NCBI GenBank assembly: GCA_047617785.1
Contig: JBLGBK010000002.1
Span: 58,605-122,604 of the forward strand
Reading direction: 5' to 3'
Length of the DNA: 64,000 nt
From: Colwellia polaris
GTDB taxonomy: Archaea > Nanohalarchaeota > Nanosalinia > Nanosalinales > Nanosalinaceae
Shown here: positions 9,781 to 20,444 of the stretch, piece by piece
Layout of the letters: the number at the start of each line of letters is the position of its first letter
Position numbering within the stretch: position 1 is the first letter of the stretch
Notes under the pieces: generated by a model
Databases searched by the model: none
Told to the model about the DNA's origin: nothing
The model's input: the letters and a program-made list of their open reading frames with translations, nothing else
Made by a program: the position numbers and the translations under genes

Positions 9781-11042
9781 AAGATATATGGACAGAAAGA
9801 TTCCTTAACTCACGGAAACTAGCAGAAAGCGATTATGTGGAAACTCTTACAGCATTCAATGCTAACATCGATATCAAGGTAGATTATAGCGACCTCGATA
9901 TTGACATGGAAGGGGTAGAACCCGAGAACATAGAGGAACCTGATAATCTTGGGGAATTCAAATCCCTTCTAAAGTACTGCACAGAGAATGGTGAAAACAG
10001 AGAGGTTCCGCGCAACGATATCAGATTGGAAGTTAGCAGCGGTAAAAGGTTGATAGGAGGTCAAGCCGGCATCTGGAGCAACTACTTATCGCAGACACAG
10101 AACTCGGTAACTTTCTACACGCCGTTCCTGTCAGATAAACTAGCTGAAAAGGTAAATGAAAGCGTCCTATATCCCGTCATGGAAGGCCAGTTCGTTCTGA
10201 AAAACGTCAGAGATTCTGCAAATACAGATCGAATGAAGGAAAACATAATCATAGAGTATGCAGAGGAGAAAACAGGTCGGCTGATACTTTCAGACAACCT
10301 CAAAGGTTTTGGACCATACTTTAGAGGCGGAGTTGCGGACAATCTAGGCAAAATTGATCAGAATCTTGACAGAGTATTCGTATCCGGTTTTCAGAATGCA
10401 TCCGGCAATATAGAGTCCAAAATGAAGAAGTCAGCTGAACAGCTATCGGTTCTGGAAACACCTATACACCTAGAGTATGTAGATATGAGCAGAGAAGAAT
10501 CAGAAATCATCAATCATCACATCATACCTCAAGTCGACAGCATCGGCATGGATGAGACAGAGGCTGCTAAAATTGCAGACATCAGAAACATAGAGATAGA
10601 TGAAGACGAATTAAGCCTTGGAAGTTCATTCAAAGTAGGAAAAGATCTTATCGAAAACGGCGGACTTGATAGAGTGCATATACACACTTACAAGTACCAC
10701 GTTATTATCGCAGATGAAGACTACCCTGTAGAAGAGGAAAAGATGCGAGAAAGCATGCTTTACGGGGAAGTTTCAGGCATTACGATGGCTGATACCGGCA
10801 ACCTACCTCGTTCAGATACCATCATGGATTTCAACATGGAAGATAAACACATTGAGAGGCTTGATGAGCTGGAGAACTTCCAGGATTTCTTTGATCTGGA
10901 GAACTTTGTTGAAACAGGAATAGCCTGCATAGATGAACTGAAGGTGGTCGCCATCCCTACCATAATCCACGAAGATCCAGACCGACTGGTAGGACTGGGC
11001 GATATAATCTCAGCAGGAGCTTTCGTAGGCGAGCTCAAATAG
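9777..11042 (+). CDS. ADP-dependent glucokinase/phosphofructokinase
   Basis: FNANID, GGQAG, IHLEY, SIGMDETE, VGLGDIISAG catalytic motif. Confidence 0.85.
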   Translation: MKDIWTERFLNSRKLAESDYVETLTAFNANIDIKVDYSDLDIDMEGVEPENIEEPDNLGEFKSLLKYCTENGENREVPRNDIRLEVSSGKRLIGGQAGIWSNYLSQTQNSVTFYTPFLSDKLAEKVNESVLYPVMEGQFVLKNVRDSANTDRMKENIIIEYAEEKTGRLILSDNLKGFGPYFRGGVADNLGKIDQNLDRVFVSGFQNASGNIESKMKKSAEQLSVLETPIHLEYVDMSREESEIINHHIIPQVDSIGMDETEAAKIADIRNIEIDEDELSLGSSFKVGKDLIENGGLDRVHIHTYKYHVIIADEDYPVEEEKMRESMLYGEVSGITMADTGNLPRSDTIMDFNMEDKHIERLDELENFQDFFDLENFVETGIACIDELKVVAIPTIIHEDPDRLVGLGDIISAGAFVGELK

Positions 11043-12372
11043 ACTGTTCAATAGCGTTTTCAACAGAGCTACGGACCTTCTCCAGAAGCCGATCAAGCTC
11101 CTCTTCAGTGTCTGCTTCAACTCTTACAGACATTTTCTCTTCCGTATTTGAAGGACGTACAAGAGCCCAACCTGCATCGAACTCTATCTTTAGTCCATCG
11201 ATACGCGAAATACTGTAGTTCGAAAACTCGTCCGCAACTTTCTTGATCACTGGTTGCTTAGCTTCATGCGGACAGTCAATTCTGAGTTCGGGCGAGACAG
11301 GATAGTCTGGATAACCTTTCAATGTACCATAGATATCTGTATCTGAGACTATTCTAGCCATCAGTGCTGCTGCATAAAGGCCGTCGTCCCATGGAAAGCC
11401 TTCAGAGGGGAAATAGTAGTGACCGGAAAGTTCTCCTGCGAAGACAATAGAGTCGTCGCTGTGTATCATCTCTGAGATGAATGTGTGGCCTACCCTAGAT
11501 TCTACAGGCTCTCCACCATTCTGTGATATAATTTCTTTCACCAGTTTGGAGGATCTTAAATCATGGACAACTTTTCCTTTATCCTTTTCAAGCAGGTACT
11601 CTGAGAAGAGAGCTAGAACTTCGTCCTCCGATATATAGCCCACTCCCGGCAGTATAAATCCTGCTCGGTCTCCATCTCCGTCGAATATTATTCCAAGATC
11701 ATCTTCTTCATCCATGAAGTTTTCTAACTGAATCTGTGCTTCCTCTTCGCCAGGTGCTGGAAGATGGTTAGGGAAATCTCCATCTACTTCACCATTTACT
11801 ATCCTTATAGAAGCATCAAGACGTTCAAATAGATCTCTTGCCATAACCCCAGTAACTCCATTACCGCAGTTTATAGCAATATTAAGATCTCTTAGGCTTC
11901 CTGTATTGATTGCTACATCTTCTATGTAATTTTCGATTACATCTATTTCTTCTCTAGATGCTTGTCCGGTTTCAAAGCTTTCTGCGTCATATATTTCTTC
12001 GATATCCCGCATGCCTCCTTCTCGAGACATTGAAAGAGCTCCTTCAAGACAGAACTTGAAACCTGTATATTCAGATGGATTATGTGAGGCAGTCACAACA
12101 GCTGCAGACTCAATATTTCCATCTACCTGTGCATGATAGGCTACAGGCGTTGGAATAATGCCTGCATATTTGACACCCGTACCTGTTGATAGAACTCCAG
12201 ATATGAAAGCTTCAGTTATTTCTTCACCATGCTTCCTACCGTCTCGCGCGACAAGCACTTCTTCAGCGTCTGTAAATGTTCCGTATGCTTTTCCTACTTT
12301 TTCTGCTTCGTCTTCACTGATTTCATCGGGGTAAGTTCCTCTGAGATCGTATGCATGGAAGAAAGATGTCAT
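11035..12372 (-). CDS. phosphoglucomutase/phosphomannomutase
   Basis: YDLRG, TASHNP, FDGDGDR, GELSGH, VRPSNTE. Confidence 0.95.
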   Translation of the reverse strand: MTSFFHAYDLRGTYPDEISEDEAEKVGKAYGTFTDAEEVLVARDGRKHGEEITEAFISGVLSTGTGVKYAGIIPTPVAYHAQVDGNIESAAVVTASHNPSEYTGFKFCLEGALSMSREGGMRDIEEIYDAESFETGQASREEIDVIENYIEDVAINTGSLRDLNIAINCGNGVTGVMARDLFERLDASIRIVNGEVDGDFPNHLPAPGEEEAQIQLENFMDEEDDLGIIFDGDGDRAGFILPGVGYISEDEVLALFSEYLLEKDKGKVVHDLRSSKLVKEIISQNGGEPVESRVGHTFISEMIHSDDSIVFAGELSGHYYFPSEGFPWDDGLYAAALMARIVSDTDIYGTLKGYPDYPVSPELRIDCPHEAKQPVIKKVADEFSNYSISRIDGLKIEFDAGWALVRPSNTEEKMSVRVEADTEEELDRLLEKVRSSVENAIEQSI

Positions 12373-12605
12373 AGTATTTGTTTCGGTACCGGTTCTATTA
12401 TTTCTTTTTCAAATCCATGAAAGTCATATTCAGCACCTTCTAAAACCGAGGTTATTACTTCAGAGCTCTTTTCAGCCTTATCCTCTAACAGTTCCATCGA
12501 TTCATATGATGCTGTAACAATATCGCTGCCTTCAGTCAAAACCTCTAAAATCTCTATGTCATCAGAGGTTTCTGTATTAACGGATCTACCTGTAAAATTA
12601 TTCAC
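12369..12605 (-). CDS. small acidic hypothetical protein
   Basis: 78 aa ORF overlapping the PGM start; GAGGAG upstream; acidic composition typical of the genome. Confidence 0.55.
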   Translation of the reverse strand: MNNFTGRSVNTETSDDIEILEVLTEGSDIVTASYESMELLEDKAEKSSEVITSVLEGAEYDFHGFEKEIIEPVPKQIL

Positions 12606-12622
12606 TCTAATCTCCTCTTTTA

Positions 12623-13144
12623 CTAATCCCAGTAATCCTCTAGAATATCTGTTCTTTCTTTGTAGCTTTCCTGCGTGTCAGGAAGTGATTCTTTCATGAC
12701 TTTAGTATTTAGGCTCGTCTCCATAAATCCTCGGTCTTTCTCGTATATCGGTACTAGCTGTACATGTAGATGTGGTATTGACTCTCCTGCAGCTTTTCCA
12801 ATATTGATTCCTACATCGATTCCAGCCGGTCCAACTACCTCTTCCTGAAGTTTTTGTACTCTTGAAACCATCTTGAACAGTCTGTTACGCTCTTCATCTT
12901 CCAGTGAAGTAAGGTCATTTACATGTCTCTTCGGTATAACCATTAGATGTCCGGTATTATAGGGGAATAGGTTTAGAACAACCATTAGAAAGTCGTCTTC
13001 GTAGACAGCTAATTTTGTAATTCTTTCATCTTCTTCTCTCATTGCGCAAAAGACGCAGTCGATGTCTTCTGGTATCTCGTTTGTCTCGTAGTCTTTTCGA
13101 TCAGGGCTCCAGAGATATTGTTCATAAGGCTTCAGATCTGTCAT
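12623..13144 (-). CDS. HIT family nucleotide hydrolase/transferase
   Basis: CVFC, NLFPYNTGHLMVIP, AGESIPHLHVQ (HxHxQ variant). Confidence 0.9.
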   Translation of the reverse strand: MTDLKPYEQYLWSPDRKDYETNEIPEDIDCVFCAMREEDERITKLAVYEDDFLMVVLNLFPYNTGHLMVIPKRHVNDLTSLEDEERNRLFKMVSRVQKLQEEVVGPAGIDVGINIGKAAGESIPHLHVQLVPIYEKDRGFMETSLNTKVMKESLPDTQESYKERTDILEDYWD

Positions 13145-13208
13145 ATAGTTAAATTTTGGATAACACAGGATTTAAAACTGAAATTTAGAGAAAGGTGGAA
13201 GTCTTATT

Positions 13209-13967
13209 TTATTGAACCATATCCTTCAGCTTCAATCGGACTTTCTCGCTCAGTCCTTTTTCTGGCGGTTCACGCCCCTGCATTCTGTGAGCAAGGTCTT
13301 CTATCTGACGTGAAACCTTTGCTTCAGGTCTTACTGAGGTAACTGGTTCTCTCAGGGCTATTGATTCTCTTACATGTTCGTGATCATCTATCTGTCCAAT
13401 TACAGGCACTTCAACTAGCTGTTCTGCTTCAGTGATCCCTACCTGTGATGGTTCTCCTCTTACACCATTTAGAACAAGTCCGAGAATTTCTCTGTCGAAT
13501 TGTTCCGCAAGTTTACGCGCTCCGATACAGTTAGTTAGTGAAGGTAGTTCCGGCTCAGAAACAAGTAGCACCTCATCTGAAGCTTCGATAGCAGATTCAA
13601 CTTCATCTCCTATGCCCGCTGCAGCGTCGATGAATACAAAGTCCTTGTCTCCTAGGAACTCAACCAGAGAATGTTTCAGGTTTTCTGCGCTTGCATCGAA
13701 TTCAAGTATTGATGCTGGTAGTACTGATACTCCGGCAGGGTGTTTGGCAACTGCCTGTGTAATGTATGCATCGCCGTCTAAAACCTGGTTAAGTGATACG
13801 TCCTGGAACCCTATTCCAAAATGCTGTGACACATTAGCTCCTGAGAAGTTTCCATCTATTATAAGGACTTCATGCCCCATCTGGGAAAGTTTTACGCCTA
13901 AATTGCATGTTACGGTGGTCTTTCCTACTCCTCCTTTCCCTGAGACTACGGATATAACCCTTGTCAT
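13209..13967 (-). CDS. minD: MinD/ParA family ATPase (paralogue 2)
   Basis: SGKGGVGKTT deviant Walker A, DAAAG. Confidence 0.85.
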   Translation of the reverse strand: MTRVISVVSGKGGVGKTTVTCNLGVKLSQMGHEVLIIDGNFSGANVSQHFGIGFQDVSLNQVLDGDAYITQAVAKHPAGVSVLPASILEFDASAENLKHSLVEFLGDKDFVFIDAAAGIGDEVESAIEASDEVLLVSEPELPSLTNCIGARKLAEQFDREILGLVLNGVRGEPSQVGITEAEQLVEVPVIGQIDDHEHVRESIALREPVTSVRPEAKVSRQIEDLAHRMQGREPPEKGLSEKVRLKLKDMVQ

Positions 13968-14038
13968 TATAATGAGTAATTTCGAATCGACTGATTAAAA
14001 ACCTGTCCCTACTATGCTTCTAGAAACGCGATAATTTT

Positions 14039-14806
14039 TTACCTGAAGACCTTCATCATCCTGTCAATAAAGCTTTCTTGCTGCAGATCCATCTCGTAAT
14101 CAAGGCCGGCCATTTCAGAAGCTACCCCTTTGAATCTTTCAGAGACGTGGTGGTCCGGGGCATGATGTACTACTGGTTTCTTGACTGCAAGAGCTTCCTC
14201 AACCTTTTCGTGGTGAGGCACCTCCATTAGTACTTCGTAACCAATCATTGATTCCACTTCTTCAGTGCTTAGCTCTGCATCGTGATCCTTAACCATGTTC
14301 AGAACCACTCCGTTTACTTCTGTTCCTGCTTCCTCCGCGACATTTACTGTTTTCAGCGCATCAGTTACTGCTGGAAGATTTGGATTGGTTACGATTAGCA
14401 CTTCGTCTGATGCTTCGATAGCATTTAGTGATTCGTTTCCTAGGCCTGCTGCAGAGTCGACAAGTACGAAATCTGGTTCTCCGATTGCGTCTAGAAGTAC
14501 GTCAGCCAGATTGTCCGGAGAGGTGTCTTTTAGGTCATCTACGGATAGTCCGGCAGGTACAACTCTTAGGCCAGAGTCATGGATGTACATTGCTTCGGTG
14601 ATATGCGCATCGCCTTTGAGAACGTCGTGTAGCGTCTTTGGGTATAGAGGTATTCCTATATGGAATCCTAGGTTTGGATTAGTAAGATTAGCGTCTAGTA
14701 CTACTGTGTCTGCGCCGAAGTTTGTTAGTGCGGCTCCTAGGTTTGCTGTTACGGTGGTCTTTCCTACTCCTCCTTTTCCACTGCTTACACATATCAACCG
14801 TGTCAT
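14039..14806 (-). CDS. minD: MinD/ParA family ATPase (paralogue 1)
   Basis: SGKGGVGKTT, DSAAG, amphipathic C-terminus FIDRMMKVFR. Confidence 0.9.
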   Translation of the reverse strand: MTRLICVSSGKGGVGKTTVTANLGAALTNFGADTVVLDANLTNPNLGFHIGIPLYPKTLHDVLKGDAHITEAMYIHDSGLRVVPAGLSVDDLKDTSPDNLADVLLDAIGEPDFVLVDSAAGLGNESLNAIEASDEVLIVTNPNLPAVTDALKTVNVAEEAGTEVNGVVLNMVKDHDAELSTEEVESMIGYEVLMEVPHHEKVEEALAVKKPVVHHAPDHHVSERFKGVASEMAGLDYEMDLQQESFIDRMMKVFR

Positions 14807-14934
14807 CGTATACAATCATTTGAAGTCCTTGATTTAAATTAACTGTCACCGAGGTCAAATTACTGACTGAAGTACAACATTGTCTGGATTTCGCGGCGCA
14901 GATTAAATAAGTTTAAACACATGTATTCTAGTTT

Positions 14935-17778
14935 ATGAGCGAGTTTGCATCCAAACTAAATGTTATACAGGATAAATGGCAGGAAAAATGGAATGAGGAA
15001 AGAATTTTCGAAGCCGACCCGAACAACGATGATAAGTTCTTTATCACGGTTGCTTACCCCTATCCAAGCGGCGGAATGCATATCGGCCACGTAAGAACAT
15101 TTACCCTGCCGGACGTTTTCGGACGTTTCAAACGGATGCAAGGATATAACGTTCTCTTCCCAATGGCCTGGCACGTTACAGGAACACCTATCATCGGGGC
15201 TCTTGACAGACTGAAAGAAGGTGAAGAAGAGCAATGGGAAGTGCTTACAGATACTTACAACGTTCCTGAAGACGTTCTTAATCAGATGGAGGAACCTATG
15301 GACTTTGCAGAGTACTTCATCGAGAACAGCTACAAGCCAAACATGAAGAAACTAGGTTTCGGCGTCGATTGGAGAAGAGAATTTACTACAAACGACGACC
15401 AGTACAGCCGGTTCATCGAGTGGCAGTACAAACGCCTTCACGACAAGAACCTAGTCGAAAAAGGAATGCATCCAACTAAATACTGTCTAAACGACGAAAA
15501 CCCTGTAACCACACACGACCTCTTGGAAGGAGAAACCGCAGAGAAACAGGACTACACACTCGTTAAGTTTGAAGGAGAAGACTTCAAGCTTCCAATGGCT
15601 ACACTAAGGCCAGAAACAGTTTACGGAGTAACGCATACACTTGTCAACCCAGAAGCAACATACAAGATCGTAAAAGTAGATGACAAGGAGAACTGGGTTC
15701 TCAGCCCCGAAGCAGTAGAAAAACTACGATTGCAAGATCGACAGCTAGTTGAAGTATCAGAGATCGAAGGAGAAGAACTTGTTGGAGAAAGAATTACTAA
15801 CCCTGTAACAGGTGATAAAGTACTGATTCTGCCTGCAAGCTTCGTTGATACAGACTCAGGTTCAGGATTAGTAATGTCCGTACCTGCACACGCACCATAC
15901 GACTACATATCGCTTGAAGATTTGAAAAACAGTCCAGATACACTAAAAGAATATGGACTAGATATAGAAGAAGTCAGAAATATTGAACCTGTGCAGATCA
16001 TCAACGTAGAAGGCTACGATGTTTATCCTGCTATTGAAGCATGTGAAAAATACGGCGTAGAGTCTCAGGATGATGAAGACGCTCTTGAGAAAGCCACAGA
16101 AGAAGTCTACGAGAAAGAGTTCCACAGCGGAGTACTTAACTCGGCATGCGGAGAATTCACAGGCAACAAAGTAAATGACGTAAAAGAAAAACTTAAACGC
16201 GAATTTGAAGACTCCGGCGAGTTCGACTCGATGTACGACTTCTCGGAAAAGGTCGTCTGCCGGTGTGGCGGAAAAGTAGTTGTTTCACTACAGGAATCTT
16301 GGTTCCTCAGCTATGGAGACAAAGGTTGGAAGGACAAAGTTCACAAGAACCTCGACCAAATGAACATAATTCCAGAGGAGCAGCGTCAGGACTATGAACA
16401 CACCATTGACTGGCTTGAAAGCTGGCCCGCGATCAGAAACTACGGTCTTGGAACCGAGCTACCCTTCGATGACGATTTCATTGTAGAGCCACTCAGCGAT
16501 TCAACCATCTATATGAGCTTCTACACAATCAGGAACATAATAGACGATGTAGATTCAGATAAGCTTGAACCAGAATTCTTTGATTATGTATACAACGGCA
16601 AAGGAGATCCAGAAGAACTTGCAGAAGTTCTTGATATCGATCTAGGAGTTATTGAAGATGCTCGTGAAAGCTTCGAGTACTGGTATCCTCTTGACTGGCG
16701 TACTTCAGGCCATGACCTGGTTCAGAACCATCTGACTTTTATGATGTTCCATCATACCGCCTTGTTCGATGAGGAGAACTGGCCGCAGGGAATCGCAACC
16801 TGGGGAATGGGAACACTTGAAGGTGAGAAAATGAGCAGCAGCAAAGGCCACGTAGTTCTTCCTGATGAAGCAATTCAGGAGTACGGTGCAGATACAGTCC
16901 GATTCTTCCTCTTTGCTTCAGCAGAGCCATGGCAGGACTTTGACTGGCGGGCTGACGAAGTCGAGAAATACCAGAACAAGCTTCGAAGCTTCTACAACAG
17001 AACAGTTGAAATGAACGAGGAAAGTGAGGAACGAGAGAAGACAACACTTGACCGATACGCTCTCTCACGACTCCAGCACATTATAGAGAACACTACCGAA
17101 GGTCTTGAAGACTTCCAGACACGGAAGGCTGGCCTCAATGCATTCTTTGAACTGAACAGCTTAATCAACAGGTACCGGAAGAGATCAGAAATACTGAACG
17201 AAGACGTTGTAAATCATTTGACCTCTACACAGGTCCGACTAATGGCGCCTTTCACACCACACATCTGCGAAGAGCTTTGGAGCAAGCTTGGAAACGACAG
17301 ATTTGTATCCCAAGCGGAATGGCCAGAAGCTAACGAAACTCTAATCGATGAAGAAGTCGAGAATCGGCAGGAGTTCGTAGATTCAACAGTTAAGGACATC
17401 CGCGAGCTTGAAAAGATTGTTGACGACTTTAATACTGTTAAGATTGTGCTTGCAGATGATTGGAAGCGCGAGGTATTTGATGAGCTTCACGACATTGTAG
17501 AGGAAAGACCTGAGTTCGGTGAAGCGATGGGAAGAATGGTTGAAGACCGGAAGCAGAAATCTGATCAGATCAAGTCCTTCCTACAAGACTACCTGAATAA
17601 TCCTGGCGATCTTCCTCAGATCTTTGATGAGAAAACTGAAAAGCAAATAATACAGGAGAACAAAGATTACCTGGAAAACGAGTTTGATACAACAGTAGAA
17701 ATTGTCAGAGAATCTGATTCGGATAGCGATAAGGCAGATCGTGCCGAGCCTGGTAAACCAGCAATCATCCTGGAGTAA
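14935..17778 (+). CDS. leuS: leucyl-tRNA synthetase (archaeal)
   Basis: YPYPSGGMHIGH, ATLRPET editing domain, KMSSSKG. Confidence 0.95.
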   Translation: MSEFASKLNVIQDKWQEKWNEERIFEADPNNDDKFFITVAYPYPSGGMHIGHVRTFTLPDVFGRFKRMQGYNVLFPMAWHVTGTPIIGALDRLKEGEEEQWEVLTDTYNVPEDVLNQMEEPMDFAEYFIENSYKPNMKKLGFGVDWRREFTTNDDQYSRFIEWQYKRLHDKNLVEKGMHPTKYCLNDENPVTTHDLLEGETAEKQDYTLVKFEGEDFKLPMATLRPETVYGVTHTLVNPEATYKIVKVDDKENWVLSPEAVEKLRLQDRQLVEVSEIEGEELVGERITNPVTGDKVLILPASFVDTDSGSGLVMSVPAHAPYDYISLEDLKNSPDTLKEYGLDIEEVRNIEPVQIINVEGYDVYPAIEACEKYGVESQDDEDALEKATEEVYEKEFHSGVLNSACGEFTGNKVNDVKEKLKREFEDSGEFDSMYDFSEKVVCRCGGKVVVSLQESWFLSYGDKGWKDKVHKNLDQMNIIPEEQRQDYEHTIDWLESWPAIRNYGLGTELPFDDDFIVEPLSDSTIYMSFYTIRNIIDDVDSDKLEPEFFDYVYNGKGDPEELAEVLDIDLGVIEDARESFEYWYPLDWRTSGHDLVQNHLTFMMFHHTALFDEENWPQGIATWGMGTLEGEKMSSSKGHVVLPDEAIQEYGADTVRFFLFASAEPWQDFDWRADEVEKYQNKLRSFYNRTVEMNEESEEREKTTLDRYALSRLQHIIENTTEGLEDFQTRKAGLNAFFELNSLINRYRKRSEILNEDVVNHLTSTQVRLMAPFTPHICEELWSKLGNDRFVSQAEWPEANETLIDEEVENRQEFVDSTVKDIRELEKIVDDFNTVKIVLADDWKREVFDELHDIVEERPEFGEAMGRMVEDRKQKSDQIKSFLQDYLNNPGDLPQIFDEKTEKQIIQENKDYLENEFDTTVEIVRESDSDSDKADRAEPGKPAIILE

Positions 17779-17782
17779 ATCT

Positions 17783-18115
17783 ATGGTTGACAAGGCTAAG
17801 GCTGCTGGCACTCTTTACATGTGGACCTACCAGATCGAGCAGTCGGACAACATCCTTGAAAACCCTCATTATTCTTTAGAGAGCGCTGAAATATTCATAG
17901 ATCGCTATCTAAGACCTGATGAAGAACAGTACCTGAAAGAACACTACCTCCAAGAGATAGAAGATGAAACTGATACCTCACAGTTCAAGTTAACTGAGAA
18001 GGGGAAAGTGGCTTCAGGTAACGTATACGACCATGTACAAGAAGAGAACAACGGAAACATACAGCAGTTTATTGACTGGGCAGATGAAGAAACAGTTGAA
18101 AGCCTGCTGACCTAG
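17783..18115 (+). CDS. hypothetical protein (possible winged-helix, ..FKLTEKG..)
   Basis: ATG 4 nt after the leuS stop; acidic 110 aa. Confidence 0.55.
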   Translation: MVDKAKAAGTLYMWTYQIEQSDNILENPHYSLESAEIFIDRYLRPDEEQYLKEHYLQEIEDETDTSQFKLTEKGKVASGNVYDHVQEENNGNIQQFIDWADEETVESLLT

Positions 18116-18381
18116 TAGTTTTTCAGGCTTTCTTCCAGCGACTTGTCCAAATGCTTATCTACGTCAACATGCTGATCTAGTTCGTTCAAGGCTTTTCTCT
18201 GAGCTCTAACCAGCTCCTCTGTTTTTTCTAGTCGCTGATTCATTAATGCCATTGCTACCCATATCTGGCCGATTGAGGCGTTTTCTGCCTCCATGTATTC
18301 TGTTTCGTGTTCCTGTACTGAGTCAAGTAGAGAGTTTACTGATGCTTCAAGTCGGTCCGGCAGATTTTCTATCCATCCCAT
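18112..18381 (-). CDS. small coiled-coil hypothetical protein
   Basis: 89 aa ORF with typical composition. Confidence 0.6.
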   Translation of the reverse strand: MGWIENLPDRLEASVNSLLDSVQEHETEYMEAENASIGQIWVAMALMNQRLEKTEELVRAQRKALNELDQHVDVDKHLDKSLEESLKNY

Positions 18382-18443
18382 AATTTTACAGTTATATTAT
18401 AGCCGTAGAACTCTTTTTAACATTCCTGTAGCAAAAGACGGTT

Positions 18444-19091
18444 ATGAACAAAGGCGACCTTGTACTTGTAAACTATATTGGAAAAAACAGCGATGGCGAA
18501 ATCTTTGACCTTACAGTAGAGGAAAGAGCTAAGGAAGAAGGCATCCACAGAGAAGACGTCAACTATCAGCCAATCCCTGTACTGGTTGGAGAAAACTATG
18601 TAATTGAAGGACTGGACGAAGCACTCCAAGATATGGAAGTAGGTGAAGAAAAAGAAGTTGAAATACCTAAAGAAAAAGCATATGGAGATCGTGACAGCGA
18701 CCAGATTGAAACTTACCCAGAAAAAGAGTTCCAGCGCCAGGACATAAACCCGCGGCCAGGAGAAGAGCTAATGATCGGCAACCGCAGAGGTAAAGTACTG
18801 ACAAACAACTCGGGAAGAGTAAGAATTGACTTTAACCACCCTCTTTCAGGACAGGATCTTGAATACGAAGTGGAGATAGTTGAAAAGATTGAAGATGACG
18901 AAGATAAAGTCAGTAAGATCTTCCAGCACGTTGTAGGACATGGCGACTACGAGATTGAAGACGATGTAGTAAAGGTTGAGAAAGTTCACAGCCACGAAGG
19001 CCACAGCCACGAGATTCCTGACGAAATGAAGGAGCGATTTGAAGAGCAGGTTGAAGAGCATACAGAGTTAGAAGTTCAGTTCGTCGAGTAA
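18444..19091 (+). CDS. slyD: FKBP-type peptidyl-prolyl isomerase (SlyD-like)
   Basis: GEIFDLT, KAYG, IDFNHPLSG; His-rich HSHEGHSH. Confidence 0.9.
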   Translation: MNKGDLVLVNYIGKNSDGEIFDLTVEERAKEEGIHREDVNYQPIPVLVGENYVIEGLDEALQDMEVGEEKEVEIPKEKAYGDRDSDQIETYPEKEFQRQDINPRPGEELMIGNRRGKVLTNNSGRVRIDFNHPLSGQDLEYEVEIVEKIEDDEDKVSKIFQHVVGHGDYEIEDDVVKVEKVHSHEGHSHEIPDEMKERFEEQVEEHTELEVQFVE

Positions 19092-19221
19092 TTTCTTTTT
19101 CTCTTTAACCGGGTTAAACCGGTTTTCTTAACTTGATTCCACGGTTTCAGCCATTTTTATATACGTTGGTGGTAACACATTATACAAAAAGAAGCCTCAC
19201 CCAAAGGAGTGTTCTGCAACA

Positions 19222-20331
19222 ATGGAAGATCAAATAAGAGAAGCTAAAGAGCAAGGTTCAAGCGGCGTACCACAGAAAAGCAAAAACCACGATATAGACG
19301 AAGAGCTAGAAGACTTAATAGAACAGAGAAAGGCAGAAATCAAAGTCATCGGTTCAGGAGGAGCCGGAAACAATACTATTTCTAGACTAGTAGATGTCGG
19401 AATTGAAGGATGCGAAACTATCGCAATGAACACCGACGCACAGGACCTTCTATACGCAAATGCTGATCAAAAAGTATTGATCGGCAAAGAACTCACAGGA
19501 GGACTTGGAGCTGGAGCCGACCCTAAAGTTGGAGAAGAATCCGCCAAGGAAAGCCAGCAAAAGATCAAACAATCAGTCGATGGAGCAGACATGGTCTTTA
19601 TTACCTGTGGACTCGGAGGAGGAACCGGAACAGGTTCAGCCCCCGTCATCGCAGAACAAGCCAAGAAACAGGGAGCACTAACCGTCGGAATCGTCACACT
19701 TCCATTCGAAATGGAAGGTCAGGCACGACAGGAAAACGCAGAATATGGGCTTGAACGACTAGAAGATGTAGTCGACACACTGATCGTAATACCAAACGAC
19801 AAGCTTCTTGAGATCGTACCAGACGTATCGCTCAACACAGCCTTCAAGATCGCAGACGAAATCCTTGTAAACGCAGTGAAAGGAGTGACAGAACTAGTTA
19901 CAAAACCTGGACTGGTCAACCTAGACTTCGCAGACATACGAGCAGTCATGGGAGAAGGAGGAATCGCAATGATCGGAATGGGACAGTCCGACACAGACAG
20001 CCGAGCAACAGAAGCAGTCCAGAAAGCCCTCTCTAACCCGTTACTCGATGTAGAAATCGAAGGCGGTAAAGGCGCACTTGTCAACGTAACCGGAGGAACA
20101 GGACTCAGCTTGAAAGAGGCACAGGAAGTTGTCAACACTGTTTCCGGAAAACTAAGCGGTTCAGCCAAGATCATCTGGGGAGCACAGGTCAGAGAAGACA
20201 TGCAGAGCAGCCTACAGGCAATGATCATTGTTACAGGAGTTGACAGCCCTCAGATCTACGGACCTGAAAAGACTCACCAAGATGAGTACGAGGACGAAAT
20301 TGAAGAAGAACTCGGCGTAGAGTTCATATAG
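19222..20331 (+). CDS. ftsZ: cell division protein FtsZ
   Basis: GGAGNN, NTDAQ, GGGTGTG tubulin signature, NLDFAD. Confidence 0.97.
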   Translation: MEDQIREAKEQGSSGVPQKSKNHDIDEELEDLIEQRKAEIKVIGSGGAGNNTISRLVDVGIEGCETIAMNTDAQDLLYANADQKVLIGKELTGGLGAGADPKVGEESAKESQQKIKQSVDGADMVFITCGLGGGTGTGSAPVIAEQAKKQGALTVGIVTLPFEMEGQARQENAEYGLERLEDVVDTLIVIPNDKLLEIVPDVSLNTAFKIADEILVNAVKGVTELVTKPGLVNLDFADIRAVMGEGGIAMIGMGQSDTDSRATEAVQKALSNPLLDVEIEGGKGALVNVTGGTGLSLKEAQEVVNTVSGKLSGSAKIIWGAQVREDMQSSLQAMIIVTGVDSPQIYGPEKTHQDEYEDEIEEELGVEFI

Positions 20332-20444
20332 CCCCAAGCTCCTTCTCGTCCAACCTATATTTCTTATCTTAATTTCTCCCTTTTCTAATCTACTGAAGTA
20401 AGTCAAAAGTATTTCAAAGACAGTCACCTAAAAGTTATTCATAG

